A stretch of DNA of 64,000 bases from Candidatus Poribacteria bacterium WGA-3G (GTDB lineage Bacteria > Poribacteria > WGA-4E > WGA-3G): positions 15,542-79,541 of the forward strand of contig ASZN01000015.1 of the NCBI GenBank assembly GCA_000406005.1, written 5' to 3'. This document shows positions 63,643-64,000 of the stretch, one piece after another (within the stretch, counting starts at the first letter, position 1; every line of letters begins with the position of its first letter). A program made the translations under genes and the position numbers. A model generated the notes under the pieces. That model saw only the letters and a list, made by a program, of their open reading frames with translations, did no database searches and was not told where the DNA came from.

Positions 63643-64000
63643 TTATTCTTCCAGGATGTTGACGAAACAATCTTTGGCATCAACTGTTTTGGAGATTAAC
63701 CCTTTTTCGTATGCGAATTTCGCAAAAGCATCCCATTTTTCAACGGATTGCACCTGTGTCGTCGCGAATACATCAAGTGTATCCCGAAACGCCAATTCTT
63801 CTAATGCTTTGCTGGCATTCGGGTTTGCCTGAAAAAAGAGTTGAAGGGCATCATCGGGTTTTTCCTTCGTAAATTTAATCGCTTCCTGAACCGCCTGCAT
63901 TAGTTTTTTCGCAATTTCTGGATGGTTTTCCAAATAAGCATCATTCGTAATAATTACCAATTCATAATAGTCTGGGATACCGTGTTTCTCAAGTGCAAAA
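63643..64000 (-). CDS. ABC substrate-binding protein, NMT1/ThiY-like (3' part only)
   Basis: PDYYELVIITND..LE.HPE..KK...AVQEAI; directly upstream of thiO; runs off the window end. Confidence 0.65.
   Translation of the reverse strand, partial: FALEKHGIPDYYELVIITNDAYLENHPEIAKKLMQAVQEAIKFTKEKPDDALQLFFQANPNASKALEELAFRDTLDVFATTQVQSVEKWDAFAKFAYEKGLISKTVDAKDCFVNILEE

Noticed and set aside
144-63832. Numerous 60-180 aa ORFs antisense or out of frame within longer genes (e.g. 229..621, 7864..8325, 11508..12026, 36518..37057, 37247..37897, 50798..51166)
   Set aside because: Shadow ORFs of well-supported genes; no recognisable motifs or RBS.
62488-64000. TPP riboswitch for the thiamine genes
   Set aside because: The operon start lies beyond the window; no TPP consensus seen in the internal gaps.
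1-64000. rRNA, tRNA, prophage or IS transposase
   Set aside because: None recognised; intergenic regions are short and explained by promoters or repeats. A small ncRNA could be missed without a covariance-model search.

Overview
Gene-dense bacterial window from a diderm (TolC, PorV-like and other beta-barrel genes). The gene repertoire resembles Candidatus Poribacteria; this is inference from the FGE-sulfatase and TPR expansions, planctomycete-type cytochromes and the C-terminal TTWG motif, not a database result. Layout: (1) 1-6.2 kb, three tandem FGE-sulfatase-fold genes, two of them on a near-identical di-heme scaffold; (2) 6.2-9.3 kb, a candidate defence islet (HEPN-like gene, TPR fused to a TaqI_C-type DNA-recognition domain, internally deleted ATPase-HEPN gene); (3) 9.3-17.7 kb, metabolic genes, an orphan N4-C-type methyltransferase and a Rieske/cytochrome b pair; (4) 17.9-36 kb, an ECF-sigma / ABC-permease / TolC / NEW3-protein cluster with two recurring ECF-type promoter motifs and several deletion-fusion scars; (5) 36-40 kb, SDR, nnr and oxidoreductase genes; (6) 40.6-48.6 kb, a ~2290-aa Ig-repeat protein with a FlgD/T9SS-like C-terminal domain next to a PorV-like barrel; (7) nadA, three secreted proteins sharing a short C-terminal (T/L)WGxxK/R motif, an epimerase, an FGE lipoprotein and a type III glutamate-ammonia ligase; (8) part of a thiamine operon (thiY-like, thiO, thiS, thiG) carrying two toxin-antitoxin modules. 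Intergenic DNA holds at least three families of miniature palindromic repeats. I saw no rRNA, tRNA, CRISPR array, transposase, integrase or reverse transcriptase. All family calls come from motif recognition by eye.
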